A stretch of DNA of 64,000 bases from Gemmatimonadota bacterium. Lineage in GTDB: Bacteria; Gemmatimonadota; Gemmatimonadetes; Gemmatimonadales; GWC2-71-9. Within the stretch, counting starts at the first letter, position 1. Each line of letters starts with the position of its first letter. Shown piece after piece: positions 17,886 to 27,347 of the stretch. The stretch lies in the NCBI GenBank assembly GCA_029262195.1, contig JAJCZX010000003.1:17499-81498 (forward strand), in the 5' to 3' direction. The translations under genes and the position numbers were made by a program. The notes beneath the pieces are model-generated. The model worked only from the letters and a program-made list of their open reading frames with translations. It did not search any database and had not been told where the DNA came from.

Positions 17886-18994
17886 AAATTCAAAGAATCT
17901 TCTTCGGAATAGTGTTGGTTCTGCTGGCGACTTCGTCTGTTGCCCGGGCCCAGGTTGGAGTACGTGCGAAGATCGTGACTGAGAGTTATTCCTTTGATCC
18001 CGGTCTCGCTATAGCCGATGTGAAGGAAACTACGATTCCGATTGGCGTTAACGTTGGCCTCGGGAGTTTTGGGAATCTTGCGATCTCGACGGGCTATGTG
18101 ACGGTAGACGTATCTGGCACGGGAATCAACGACCAGAGCGTTTCAAGCTTGTTGGACACCCAGTTTCGTCTGACGTACAACGTGATTCCTGGCAAACTGA
18201 TGCTTTTGTTCAACGGCGCCTTGCCGACCGGGACCAAGACAGTAGCGCTGGAAGAACTTTCGGTGCTCGGCGCGATCTCGAGTGACGTCATCGGCTTTTC
18301 CTCCCCGACTGTCGGGAGCGGTGGCAGTTTTGGTGGTGGATTCGCTGGCGCGTTTCCCCTCGGGACTAATTTTGCAGCCGGTGTCGGGGCGTCCGTTAAG
18401 AAAGCTCTGTCATATCAACCAGTGGAAAACCGGCCCGGAGATCTACTTCCCGGCGCCGAGGTTCGACTTCGACTTGGACTACAGGGATCGCTTGCACGAC
18501 GCACTTACCTGCGCGTGGCGGCCATCTTCGCCAGTCGGGGCCAGGATGATTTCGACAACCTCACCAGAAGTGGTGTGGGAAATCGGCTCATCGGCTACTC
18601 GTCTTTGAACCAGGCTTTCGGGAGTGGTTCGGTAACGTTATACGGCTTCTTTGTAAACCGTGGTGACCCCAAACTCACGGCAGATCCCACCATTCCATCA
18701 CTACCGCACGGTCGCTTGACGGCGTTCGGGAGTCGGGTTGACTTGAGGGTGGGTAGTTCTATTGTTGTTTCGCCCCGCGTGGAACTCCGCAGTTCCAAAG
18801 AAGAGATCAATTCTTCGTTAGAAAAAATCGGTTCTTCCACGAGGTTCGGATCTGACGTTACGCTGCCGGTGGGACGTTCGGCAGATCTGGTGTTCCAGGG
18901 TTCGTTTGTGACGGGTGAAGTTGTGCAGTCCGGGGCCGACATTGGATTCGACGGGTATCGTTTCGGAGTGTACCTGGACTGGCACCCCCGTTAA
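17882..18994 (+). CDS. Outer-membrane beta-barrel protein (uncharacterised)
   Basis: Signal peptide ending VARAQ. Alternating strand pattern. ATGA overlap with the upstream lipoprotein gene. Confidence 0.5.
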   Translation: MKIQRIFFGIVLVLLATSSVARAQVGVRAKIVTESYSFDPGLAIADVKETTIPIGVNVGLGSFGNLAISTGYVTVDVSGTGINDQSVSSLLDTQFRLTYNVIPGKLMLLFNGALPTGTKTVALEELSVLGAISSDVIGFSSPTVGSGGSFGGGFAGAFPLGTNFAAGVGASVKKALSYQPVENRPGDLLPGAEVRLRLGLQGSLARRTYLRVAAIFASRGQDDFDNLTRSGVGNRLIGYSSLNQAFGSGSVTLYGFFVNRGDPKLTADPTIPSLPHGRLTAFGSRVDLRVGSSIVVSPRVELRSSKEEINSSLEKIGSSTRFGSDVTLPVGRSADLVFQGSFVTGEVVQSGADIGFDGYRFGVYLDWHPR

Positions 18995-18998
18995 TGAA

Positions 18999-19322
18999 CT
19001 AAAGGGCGCTGCTCAGCCAGAGCAATTGCAAAACAACGACCAGGACAACCGCGGCGAAAATCGCAATCCTGGTCGTTTTTTCTATTAACGCCGATTTTCT
19101 CGTAGGCTTTTCTATTTCCTCCGGGTGGTCGGAGTAGCGGTTAGCCCATGAATTCAAGTTGTGACCAGCCGCCTTTCCGCGAAACACCGTGCTCGCGTCC
19201 GGTCCCGTTAGCTCCTCGACTGATTCCTGCATCGCCCTTGCGACGGGAAATCCGCACCCGGGGCATGAAGTCGCGTGAGATGAAACTTCTCGAGTACATT
19301 CAGGACAGTCGATTAGCGACAC
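18999..19322 (-). CDS. Zinc-ribbon protein with a C-terminal TM anchor
   Basis: CPEC...CPGCG zinc ribbon at the N-terminus and a hydrophobic C-terminal helix. Confidence 0.55.
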   Translation of the reverse strand: MSLIDCPECTREVSSHATSCPGCGFPVARAMQESVEELTGPDASTVFRGKAAGHNLNSWANRYSDHPEEIEKPTRKSALIEKTTRIAIFAAVVLVVVLQLLWLSSAL

Positions 19323-19325
19323 TGC

Positions 19326-20021
19326 CTAATCCTCTCTTCCGGCAATCTGTTTCAACACTTTTTGACTCATATGGTGTCCCCCGTCAAACTTTGTGAGCCT
19401 GTATGGTATCGCGTAGTGAGCGAGACGGGCTTCCTGTTCAACGAGTGCGGGCGGCCGGATCAATTCGTCGTGTTCTCCTACGACTATATGAAACTCCGGT
19501 TCAAGGAATTTTATCCGTGTCTTCTCCAGATCCATATCCGGCGGAAGACCTCCAGCCCATAAAATGAGGTTGTCCAGGGAATGAGACGTTTGCGCAGCCC
19601 ATCTCGACACTGTGGCAGCGCCCTGGGAAAACCCCATCGCTGTTAACCTGACCTTGCTGCGATCCACCTGTTCGAAAACATGATCACAGAGTGTTTCCAG
19701 ATAATTGACATAATCACCTATTTCGCCTTCGCGGTTTTCTCGGGTCATCCAGGTTGCGCCGACCTTTCTGCCTTCGCCCTTTTCCGCCGCGAATCTGTTT
19801 AGATAAAACAGAGAAAGAGCCTCGGGGGCGACAACCAGCGTTTTGCCATCATTCAGAGCTTCAAAGTATTTGATAAAACGCTCTGCCAGCTGGGAGTACC
19901 CATGGCATACGAACCAAACTTCTTCAATCTCAGCTTCCATGTCACCGAAGGTGTAATAGCGAGCCGTTTTGGTGACACTCATGGTGTGAGCGGCGAAATT
20001 GTCCGGCGTGCGCAGCATCAA
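19326..20021 (-). CDS. Alpha/beta hydrolase (carboxylesterase/phospholipase-like)
   Basis: Nucleophile elbow GFSQGA, with downstream Asp (GEHDE) and His (GGHHM). Confidence 0.65.
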   Translation of the reverse strand: MMLRTPDNFAAHTMSVTKTARYYTFGDMEAEIEEVWFVCHGYSQLAERFIKYFEALNDGKTLVVAPEALSLFYLNRFAAEKGEGRKVGATWMTRENREGEIGDYVNYLETLCDHVFEQVDRSKVRLTAMGFSQGAATVSRWAAQTSHSLDNLILWAGGLPPDMDLEKTRIKFLEPEFHIVVGEHDELIRPPALVEQEARLAHYAIPYRLTKFDGGHHMSQKVLKQIAGRED

Positions 20022-20941
20022 ATATTACCCGGAGGCTCGGCCCGCGCGTCCACTTTGCCCTCCATTGCGTTGTTGTAAAGGCGATGGGTCGGGTATGCGA
20101 AGTCAATGTCGGAACACTTCCCAAACTCGTCCAGAATCGCCTCCCACATCTCTTGCGAGGAAGACCTTCTTTGCTTTGGTCCACACAGGTAACGCAGAGT
20201 AAGGAGCACTCCACTATCCTTGACACTCGTATAGACGATCGGCGTTAGCTTGTCGTATTTGATGAGGAATCGCTGGGCGGCGTCTCTCACTCTGGATGCG
20301 GTGTTGGGGCTAAGATGGTCGGCGTGGCGCGCGGCGACCCCCTGCAAGATAGATTTCGCCTTGCGCCAATCGCTTTCGAAGGTCACAAGTACCTCCAACT
20401 CGTTCCAGATGTACTTGAAACCCTTAGTGTAGTTGGCTATTCCATCGGTGAGTACGTTGCTGTTGGGCAGATGGATGATTCGACCTGTGCTCTGATCGGC
20501 CGCCACCCAGTTACCGATTTCCATCAGTGTAAATTTGAAAAGTCTGATGTCGATGACGTCTCCGCTGTAGGGACCGATTTCAACTCGGTCTCCCATTTCG
20601 AACGGACGGCGCCAGATAATGAAAACCCACCCTGCAAAACTGGCGACGATGTCTTTTAGCGCGATCGCCAGTCCGGCGCTGAGCAGCCCCAGGAAGGTTG
20701 TGATATCTCCGAGCGCCTCGAACCATTGTCCTCCCACCAGCAGAGCGCCCGCAACAGCTGTCAGGTAGGCCGAGTATTTGGACCAATGGTATAGCGCGGT
20801 GTTGTTCTTGACGTTCCGACTGACAACGAACAGAACGATTTTTCTGGCGATCCACAATCCGAGGATTGTGGTGGCTGAGAAGATCGCTCTTGCCTCAATT
20901 TCAGTGAGGGAAACGGGATCTTCTAGTAGTTGGTTGAGCAC
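20018..20941 (-). CDS. Mechanosensitive ion channel (MscS family)
   Basis: Three N-terminal TM helices followed by the MscS beta-domain motif (GDRVEIGPYSGDVIDIRLFKFTL). Confidence 0.8.
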   Translation of the reverse strand: MLNQLLEDPVSLTEIEARAIFSATTILGLWIARKIVLFVVSRNVKNNTALYHWSKYSAYLTAVAGALLVGGQWFEALGDITTFLGLLSAGLAIALKDIVASFAGWVFIIWRRPFEMGDRVEIGPYSGDVIDIRLFKFTLMEIGNWVAADQSTGRIIHLPNSNVLTDGIANYTKGFKYIWNELEVLVTFESDWRKAKSILQGVAARHADHLSPNTASRVRDAAQRFLIKYDKLTPIVYTSVKDSGVLLTLRYLCGPKQRRSSSQEMWEAILDEFGKCSDIDFAYPTHRLYNNAMEGKVDARAEPPGNI

Positions 20942-20984
20942 GGCCTTCCTTTAACGAATCCGACTTTAAATGAATCTTGTGCGC

Positions 20985-21857
20985 TCACGGCAAGGCTGCA
21001 AGGAACTCGCGGGCGACTTCTCTGGGGTTTTTTCTCTCCACGTCAACCTGAAAGTTCATTTGAGCCATGGAAGCTTCGGTGATTGTACCCTCCAAATCCG
21101 CCAGCGTCACCCCGATTTGGGGGAACCGTTCCAGGACTTCGGCCCGGACCAACGGGGCCGCGTGGTAGGGTGGAAAATAGCTCCGGTCGTCCTTCAGGTG
21201 AAAGAGATCCAGTGCCTGAATCTGTCCGTCGGTAGAATTACCTGCCGTTATATCGATCTGGCCTTCCGAGACGGCGCGGTAGATCAGCCCGAGATCCATT
21301 GAAACCGGGTTTCCAACAAACTCCAGCCCGTAATGCGCCGTCAGGCCTTCGAATCCGTCTGCTCTGTTCAGAAACTCGTGTCCGAAACCGGCCTTCCAGT
21401 CCCGCGCATATTCCACTGCGTCCGAAAGTGAGGACAACCCGAGTGAACGAGCCTGCTCGCCCCGGATCAACATCGCGAAGGTGTTGTTGAATCCAAGCTG
21501 AGGGGTCCAAATCAGATCCCAGTTCTCGGCGTAGGCGCTGTCCACGGCGGCTGTGATTGCCGCGGCGTCGCTAATAACGGGAAGTTGTAAGACGGCTGAA
21601 TAGGCTGTGCCGGTGTATTCCACGTAAACATCAAGTTGGCCCGAGACCATCGCCTCATGGTTTATGAACGTTCCGCCCAGATTCAACTTCCGTTCGACTT
21701 CGATTCCCAGGCCTTCAATCTTCTGGGCTACGATCTCGCCGAGGATAATGGACTCGGTAAAGTTTTTCGAGCCCACAACAATCACTTCATCTGAACGAAC
21801 GCAGGCGGCAACGGTAAGCAGGAGGATAGAAAAGAATCGTTTCACTTGTTTTTCCAA
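20985..21857 (-). CDS. Glycine betaine/osmoprotectant ABC transporter substrate-binding lipoprotein
   Basis: Lipobox LLTVAAC. OpuC/OsmX-like layout. Last gene of the ATPase-permease-SBP operon. Confidence 0.75.
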   Translation of the reverse strand: MEKQVKRFFSILLLTVAACVRSDEVIVVGSKNFTESIILGEIVAQKIEGLGIEVERKLNLGGTFINHEAMVSGQLDVYVEYTGTAYSAVLQLPVISDAAAITAAVDSAYAENWDLIWTPQLGFNNTFAMLIRGEQARSLGLSSLSDAVEYARDWKAGFGHEFLNRADGFEGLTAHYGLEFVGNPVSMDLGLIYRAVSEGQIDITAGNSTDGQIQALDLFHLKDDRSYFPPYHAAPLVRAEVLERFPQIGVTLADLEGTITEASMAQMNFQVDVERKNPREVAREFLAALP

Positions 21858-22483
21858 TCGAGTCTTTTTTCGACGAGGTGGAGGCCCCCGTCAATTAACA
21901 AAGCCATTATTGCTGCGGGCAGCGCCCCTGCCAGAATCACCGTGCTGTCGACCGTGGACACGCCTCTGAAGATAAAGTCGCCCAGACCTCCGGCGCCAAT
22001 AAGGGACGCGATGGTTGCAACCCCGACACCTGTCACGGCCGCGACCCTGATTCCCGCCAACAGGATTGGCAACGCGAGGGGAAGTTCGACGAACCAGAGA
22101 AGCTGTTTCGAGGTCATCCCCATGCCGAGTGCCGCCTCCCGAAGTCCGTCGGAAATGGCTTCTATGCCAGCGTAGGTGTTACGGACGATCGGAAGCAGTG
22201 CATAGAGCACGAGCGCGATGATCGCGGTCCGCGGTCCGATCCCCCCGATGAAAGGCATTGGGATTAAGAAACCGAAAAGCGCAAGGCTGGGGATTGTCTG
22301 TACGACGTTGGCGGTGCCGATCACAGGCGTCCGCAATTTGCTCCATTTTGCGGCGGCAACTCCGAGCGGAACGGCGATTGCGGTGGCGATAACAATGGAA
22401 AGAAGTACCAGTCCCAGGTGCTCCCGTATCTTCAGGAGGACCTCAGAGGAATTTTCAGCAAAGAAAGAAAGAAGGTCGCTCAT
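21842..22483 (-). CDS. Osmoprotectant ABC transporter permease
   Basis: BPD-type permease with EAA-loop-like LREAALGMGM. The ATG at 22483 forms an ATGA overlap with the ATPase stop; the maximal ORF starts at 22507. Confidence 0.8.
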   Translation of the reverse strand: MSDLLSFFAENSSEVLLKIREHLGLVLLSIVIATAIAVPLGVAAAKWSKLRTPVIGTANVVQTIPSLALFGFLIPMPFIGGIGPRTAIIALVLYALLPIVRNTYAGIEAISDGLREAALGMGMTSKQLLWFVELPLALPILLAGIRVAAVTGVGVATIASLIGAGGLGDFIFRGVSTVDSTVILAGALPAAIMALLIDGGLHLVEKRLDWKNK

Positions 22484-23259
22484 GGGTTTCTCAACCGTGT
22501 TACGCACGACTTATCGCTCTTTTCAAACTCCGCCCGGGTACCAATGAAACCGATGGTGCCTTCGTCGAAGACGGCGATTCGGTCGCCCAGCAACGTGGCC
22601 TCCGAAACATCGTGAGTCACAAAAATCACCGTTTTTCTTAACTCGCGAGTGAGTTCCAAAAATTCAATTTGCAGAGCGCCTCTGGTCGCAGCATCGACCG
22701 CCCCGAAAGGCTCATCGCATAGCAGAATTGCCGGATCTGCCGCAAGTGCTCTTGCTACTCCGACGCGTTGACGCTGGCCACCCGAAAGCTGGTGGGGTAG
22801 CCGGTTTCCAAGTTCGTCGGCATCCAGGTGCACCATTTGCAACAATTCTCCGGTGCGCCGGGCCATTTCCTCGGAACCCCGACCGAGCAAACGCAGAACC
22901 AGCCCGGTATTCTGAGCAACGGTCATATGGGGAAGCAGTCCGACTTCCTGGATGACGTACCCGATACTTCGTCGCAACTCCACGAGGTTCACCACATCGG
23001 TTCTTACGCCAGACACCTCTACTTTCCCGGAGGTCGGCAATATCAGGCCGTTTACCAGTCGGAGAGTGGTGGTTTTCCCGGAACCACTGGCGCCCAGAAA
23101 GACCACTGTCTCGCCGGTTTCGATTTCGACATTCAGTGGTCCGACGAGGCGTTTGCCTTCGAGGGAGTATCCGGTGTTCTTGAATTTGATCTCACTCACG
23201 ACAGGGACGGTAGTGGTATGAGGGGAGGAGGGGAAGAGGGCAGGCGACCCGACATCCAA
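22480..23259 (-). CDS. Osmoprotectant ABC transporter ATP-binding protein
   Basis: Walker A GASGSGKTT, signature LSGGQRQRV, Walker B ILLCDEP. The exact start is uncertain. Confidence 0.85.
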   Translation of the reverse strand: MDVGSPALFPSSPHTTTVPVVSEIKFKNTGYSLEGKRLVGPLNVEIETGETVVFLGASGSGKTTTLRLVNGLILPTSGKVEVSGVRTDVVNLVELRRSIGYVIQEVGLLPHMTVAQNTGLVLRLLGRGSEEMARRTGELLQMVHLDADELGNRLPHQLSGGQRQRVGVARALAADPAILLCDEPFGAVDAATRGALQIEFLELTRELRKTVIFVTHDVSEATLLGDRIAVFDEGTIGFIGTRAEFEKSDKSCVTRLRNP

Positions 23260-23287
23260 AAAGTGGGGGTTTGATTAATTTCAAGGT

Positions 23288-24274
23288 ATGAAAAAATTTA
23301 CAGCTCCATTCATCGCTCTGCTGGTAATCGCCTGTGACGAACCAGGGTTCGACTTCGCTGTCATTGGGGATTTACCCTACGGCGCAGAAGGTGTGGCCAA
23401 ACTGCCGAGCGTTATCGCCGACATGAATGCGGCGCAGTTGGAATGGGTGCTCCACATCGGAGATATTAAAAGCGGCGGTGCTCTTTGCGCCGATAGTTTA
23501 CTAGAAAGTCGATATCTGGCTTTTCAGGAAATTGACCATCCCTTTGTTTTCGTGCCGGGCGACAATGAGTGGACCGATTGTCACCGTGCGTCTAATGGAT
23601 CGTACGACCCTAATGAGCGCCTCACTTTCCTGCGCGATCTATTCTACCCGATGCCAGGCGTGACCGGTGGACGGGTTCCCATGGAGGTGGAAGCTCAGTC
23701 CGACCAACCTGAGTTCTCCAGGTTTGTGGAGCACCAGCGGTGGGTGCGGGACGGAGTGGTTTTCATCACCCTTCACCTGGTGGGAAGCCGGAACGGGTCA
23801 CTGGGTTTCGAAGCCCGAACTGATTCTCATGATGCAGAAGTCGTCGAACGTGAGCAAGCGATGCTGTCGTGGTTGAGGGAGGGATTCGAGTTTGCGCGAC
23901 GCATTAATAGTCCCGGTGTCATGGTGGCGGTCCACGCCAATCCGTATTTTGAGAATCCGTTCCCGCCGACAGGCGTCCCAACGCCGGATTCTTTGCGGAT
24001 CGGTTTCGAACCTTTCCTTGAGGCAATCGAAAATGAAACGAGGGCGTTTCAAAGACCTGTGTTAATGATTCACGGAGATACACATTACTTCCGAGTCGAT
24101 AAACCTCTATACAATTCCGACACGAGAAGACGTCTGGAAAATTTCACCAGGCTTGAAACGTTCGGAGCTCCTGATTTTCATTGGATTAATGTTCACGTGG
24201 ATGCATCGGATCCGCAGGTTTTCGGGATCAGCGAGAAGTTAATCAGAGAGAATGTCGAGGGTTATCGGGACTAA
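23288..24274 (+). CDS. Calcineurin-like metallophosphoesterase lipoprotein
   Basis: Lipobox LLVIAC. GDLPYG, HIGDIK and GDNEW motifs. Confidence 0.7.
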   Translation: MKKFTAPFIALLVIACDEPGFDFAVIGDLPYGAEGVAKLPSVIADMNAAQLEWVLHIGDIKSGGALCADSLLESRYLAFQEIDHPFVFVPGDNEWTDCHRASNGSYDPNERLTFLRDLFYPMPGVTGGRVPMEVEAQSDQPEFSRFVEHQRWVRDGVVFITLHLVGSRNGSLGFEARTDSHDAEVVEREQAMLSWLREGFEFARRINSPGVMVAVHANPYFENPFPPTGVPTPDSLRIGFEPFLEAIENETRAFQRPVLMIHGDTHYFRVDKPLYNSDTRRRLENFTRLETFGAPDFHWINVHVDASDPQVFGISEKLIRENVEGYRD

Positions 24275-24646
24275 CTAGTGCTGGACCAACAGGTCGTCGA
24301 CAGCTTCCAGGAGTTCTGACATCTGGAACGGTTTGGCCAACACCCGCTGCGCTCCAAGGTTTTTCGCTTCGTCGAGTGCGTCCTCCAGGACGTATTCGCC
24401 TCCACCTGACATCGCGAGCACTTTCACGTCGCTATGTCTTTGCCGCAATTCTACCAGAGCGTCAAAACCGTTGAGCACGGGCATAAACATGTCCAGTACT
24501 ACCAGATCTGTCTCCTCCGGCACATAATCGTCCAGGGCCTCCTGTCCGTTGCACGCCAACCGGACCGTGTGGCCGCTCTTCTCAAGTACCTGTTTCAAGG
24601 TATCTCTAACAACCTTTCGGTCGTCTACCACCAAAATTTTGGCCAA
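24275..24646 (-). CDS. Single-domain response regulator (CheY-like receiver)
   Basis: ILVVDD, phospho-acceptor context LVVLDMFMP, and ...LAKPF. Confidence 0.85.
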   Translation of the reverse strand: MAKILVVDDRKVVRDTLKQVLEKSGHTVRLACNGQEALDDYVPEETDLVVLDMFMPVLNGFDALVELRQRHSDVKVLAMSGGGEYVLEDALDEAKNLGAQRVLAKPFQMSELLEAVDDLLVQH

Positions 24647-24699
24647 ATCTAGATTTTCCTTGCTCTGTTCCAGGTATCCGTAATATAGCTAGTCGAAAT

Positions 24700-25371
24700 T
24701 CAACCGGCCTGGTGTGGCCTCCGGGGTCTTACGGGCGGAACTTCAGATTGGGGGTATTTCGCCAGCCATTTTCGCTGAAAACCGTCAATAATCGCAGGGT
24801 AAATATATTTCTGGCGAAACGGGTCAATCAGGGTCATGTAGGCCGCTGATTTTCTCTTGAGGTAGATAGCCCAATAGATCGTGTACCCTTCGGGGAGTGG
24901 CTCCATTGTCATTACCGATATGGCATGTACGACTTTGTTGGATATCTCGTTGGCAGCCTCATTTTTGAATACATAGAGCGTTTTAAAACCGCCGAGGAGA
25001 GTACCCGGCTCCTCCAGCGTTTTCTCCCGGTCTTCCACAGTGAGTTTTTCTAAATACGATGGATCGAGAGCTTTGGGGAAGCTGTCCAGGCCAAAAAATT
25101 TCCCGCCCAGGCGGCGAAGAAAGAAAAGAAATCGGACTTTACGGTTTGCTCGTGTGGGTGCTGATTCACGAAGGACCTCGCGGAGGTCAAGGAGCGTGTG
25201 GCCTCGCCCGGTTGGCAACTCGAAAGCCCAGACGTCATGAAGTTCTGCGTCCGCAAATAGTTCGTTCGCTCTGTATTTTTTTTTCTCAAATCGAGAATTC
25301 GAAATCTTCAGGTGGCTCAATTGATTCTCCTGTTTGCTCGAGAGCAGCAGCCACATCATCCCGGGACACAA
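24700..25371 (-). CDS. DUF2867-like hypothetical protein (start uncertain)
   Basis: C-terminal ...YMTLIDPFRQKYIYPAII pattern. The maximal ORF overlaps the fprA 3' end by 86 nt, and there is no ATG after the fprA stop. TTG at 25320 and CTG at 25311 are alternative starts. Confidence 0.45.
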   Translation of the reverse strand: MCPGMMWLLLSSKQENQLSHLKISNSRFEKKKYRANELFADAELHDVWAFELPTGRGHTLLDLREVLRESAPTRANRKVRFLFFLRRLGGKFFGLDSFPKALDPSYLEKLTVEDREKTLEEPGTLLGGFKTLYVFKNEAANEISNKVVHAISVMTMEPLPEGYTIYWAIYLKRKSAAYMTLIDPFRQKYIYPAIIDGFQRKWLAKYPQSEVPPVRPRRPHQAG

Positions 25372-26701
25372 CTTTTATACGAGGGCGACCCGCAGCTTCA
25401 CCGCTGGCCAACTCGATCGCATCCAGGCGCCGCCAGTCGGAGTATGAAACGACAGCCGGTTGGCGCGTACGCACAAGGTCGTCAATGACCTCAGGCGAAT
25501 CGTTTTTTGGTTCGAGGTGTTTACCTGCTCGGGCGTCCTCCAGCATCACCCTCGCGGTAGCGTAGCCATCAGGTTTGTTGGTGCCAATTACCCCGCTGGG
25601 GCCCCGTTTTATCCATCCACTAACGTACGCCCCTTTGATCGCAGTGCCAGAATCTGGATCAATAACTCTCCCTTCTAGATTGTTAATGACTCCAGACTGT
25701 TCATCCAGGGGTAAACCGGGCACGGCGACCCCCCTGTAGCCCACGGAGCGAAAAACGAGCCCTACGTTATGTTCTTCGAACTCTGAGGTAGCCACTGCCT
25801 TGAGGCGGTCTCCAGACGCTTCCAGTCGATTTTTCACGATGCGAATGGCCTCTACCTTTTCATTCCCGAGGAGGTCGGTTGGCGAAACCAAAAACCTGAT
25901 TACGAGACGTTTTTCTCTCGAAGTATCTGCGGTGGAGGCAATGCTCTGGGTGATCTCGACCTTGCGCGCGAGTTTCTTGTCGCCTGATTGGTCGAGGAAT
26001 TCCTGGCTTAGCGGGTCCAGTTCAACTTCTGCAGGGATCGTTTGGACGGCGGCCCCCTGCAATTCTCCCAATTCTTGTATTTCCGGGTTCGTGTAGGCGG
26101 CCTGAGCAGGCCCCCTGCGGCCCAGCATCATCACTTCCTTAACATTGCTGTTGCTGAGGGCCTCAAGGGCATGTTCGGCTATATCGCTTTTTTTCAATTC
26201 TTCTGGCGTCAAACAGAGGATCCTGGCTACGTCGACAGCCACGTTCCCGATACCAACAACGGCCACGCGTTTGGCGGTAAGGTCGAATTTGAAATCCCGG
26301 TAATCCGGGTGTCCGTTGTACCAGGCGACGAAATCGGTGGCAGGGTGACTGCCTTCAAGGTCCTCACCCGGTATCCCCATTTTCCGATCTGTCTGGGCGC
26401 CGGTGGCGAAGCACATCAGGTGGTAGTGGTCACGCAACTCGTCGACCGAAACGTGCTTGCCAATGTCGACGTTGCCAAAAAAGCGAAAACGTGGGTGCTG
26501 CGCAATTTTCTCGAACGTCCTGGTCACGTTCTTGATTTTCAGGTGGTCCGGTGCAACTCCGAATCGGACCAATCCGAAAGGGGTAGGCAGCCGATCGAAC
26601 ATATCGACGCCTACCTCAAATTTATCGCTCTTTAGTAAGGCGTCGGCCGAGTAAAAACCGGCCGGGCCTGAGCCGATTACTGCAACTCGAAGTCTTTGCA
26701 A
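25286..26701 (-). CDS. fprA: NADPH:ferredoxin/adrenodoxin reductase (FprA type)
   Basis: Collinear by eye with mycobacterial FprA: VAVIGSGPAGFY, LPTPFGLVRFGVAPDH, VGIGNVAVDVARIL, GRRGPAQAA, SGWIKRGPSGVIGTNK. Confidence 0.85.
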   Translation of the reverse strand: MQRLRVAVIGSGPAGFYSADALLKSDKFEVGVDMFDRLPTPFGLVRFGVAPDHLKIKNVTRTFEKIAQHPRFRFFGNVDIGKHVSVDELRDHYHLMCFATGAQTDRKMGIPGEDLEGSHPATDFVAWYNGHPDYRDFKFDLTAKRVAVVGIGNVAVDVARILCLTPEELKKSDIAEHALEALSNSNVKEVMMLGRRGPAQAAYTNPEIQELGELQGAAVQTIPAEVELDPLSQEFLDQSGDKKLARKVEITQSIASTADTSREKRLVIRFLVSPTDLLGNEKVEAIRIVKNRLEASGDRLKAVATSEFEEHNVGLVFRSVGYRGVAVPGLPLDEQSGVINNLEGRVIDPDSGTAIKGAYVSGWIKRGPSGVIGTNKPDGYATARVMLEDARAGKHLEPKNDSPEVIDDLVRTRQPAVVSYSDWRRLDAIELASGEAAGRPRIKVVSRDDVAAALEQTGESIEPPEDFEFSI

Positions 26702-26768
26702 CAGTTCTTTGCCCGTGATGATGGTTGAAGCAAGTCAGTTCGCCGCCCTGACTAAATAGCCGTTCCGG

Positions 26769-27200
26769 CTAAATTCGTTCCAGGTCGGGGCGCCAGGTCT
26801 TGATCAGCTTCTTGATTTCACCTCGATCCGTGATCCCTTCGTCCAAAACCTTCCGGGCCAATTCCGGGAGTTCTCCATCGCTGGCAAAGCGCATACCCAC
26901 CAGTTGGTTGGCGGAAAGTTCTAGTGCTCTGGGCTTGAGGTCGTCGGGCAAAAGTTCCGAAAGCCGCAACCGCTCTTCAAGCCGGATGAGTCGGTCCTGC
27001 ACACCGAGGGGGAAAACCCGAGTGTAAAAGAACAACAGCAACAACGCAAATGCGGTGGCGCTGGCGATCAGGGCGCTGATCGAGAAATCGCGTATAGTCG
27101 AATAGACCGTCCAAATGAAGTTGACGGCGAGAATCCCGAATGCAAGAAAGTGATATAGAGGAACCAGTTTCGAATGGCTCTCATAGCTCTGTGTTTCCAT
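26769..27200 (-). CDS. Small membrane protein, function unknown
   Basis: Two predicted TM helices followed by a charged C-terminal domain. Confidence 0.5.
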   Translation of the reverse strand: METQSYESHSKLVPLYHFLAFGILAVNFIWTVYSTIRDFSISALIASATAFALLLLFFYTRVFPLGVQDRLIRLEERLRLSELLPDDLKPRALELSANQLVGMRFASDGELPELARKVLDEGITDRGEIKKLIKTWRPDLERI

Positions 27201-27347
27201 AACCGACTCCGATTCCGCAGTAGGGTTGACCTGCGAAACGTATCAGGGAGCACCCCGGAGTCAATCGTACCAAAAAAATGATCGCCAAATCCGACCTGGA
27301 GCGATGCATATGTTTGGCCGCGGATGGGGAAACACCGGCAACAAGTG

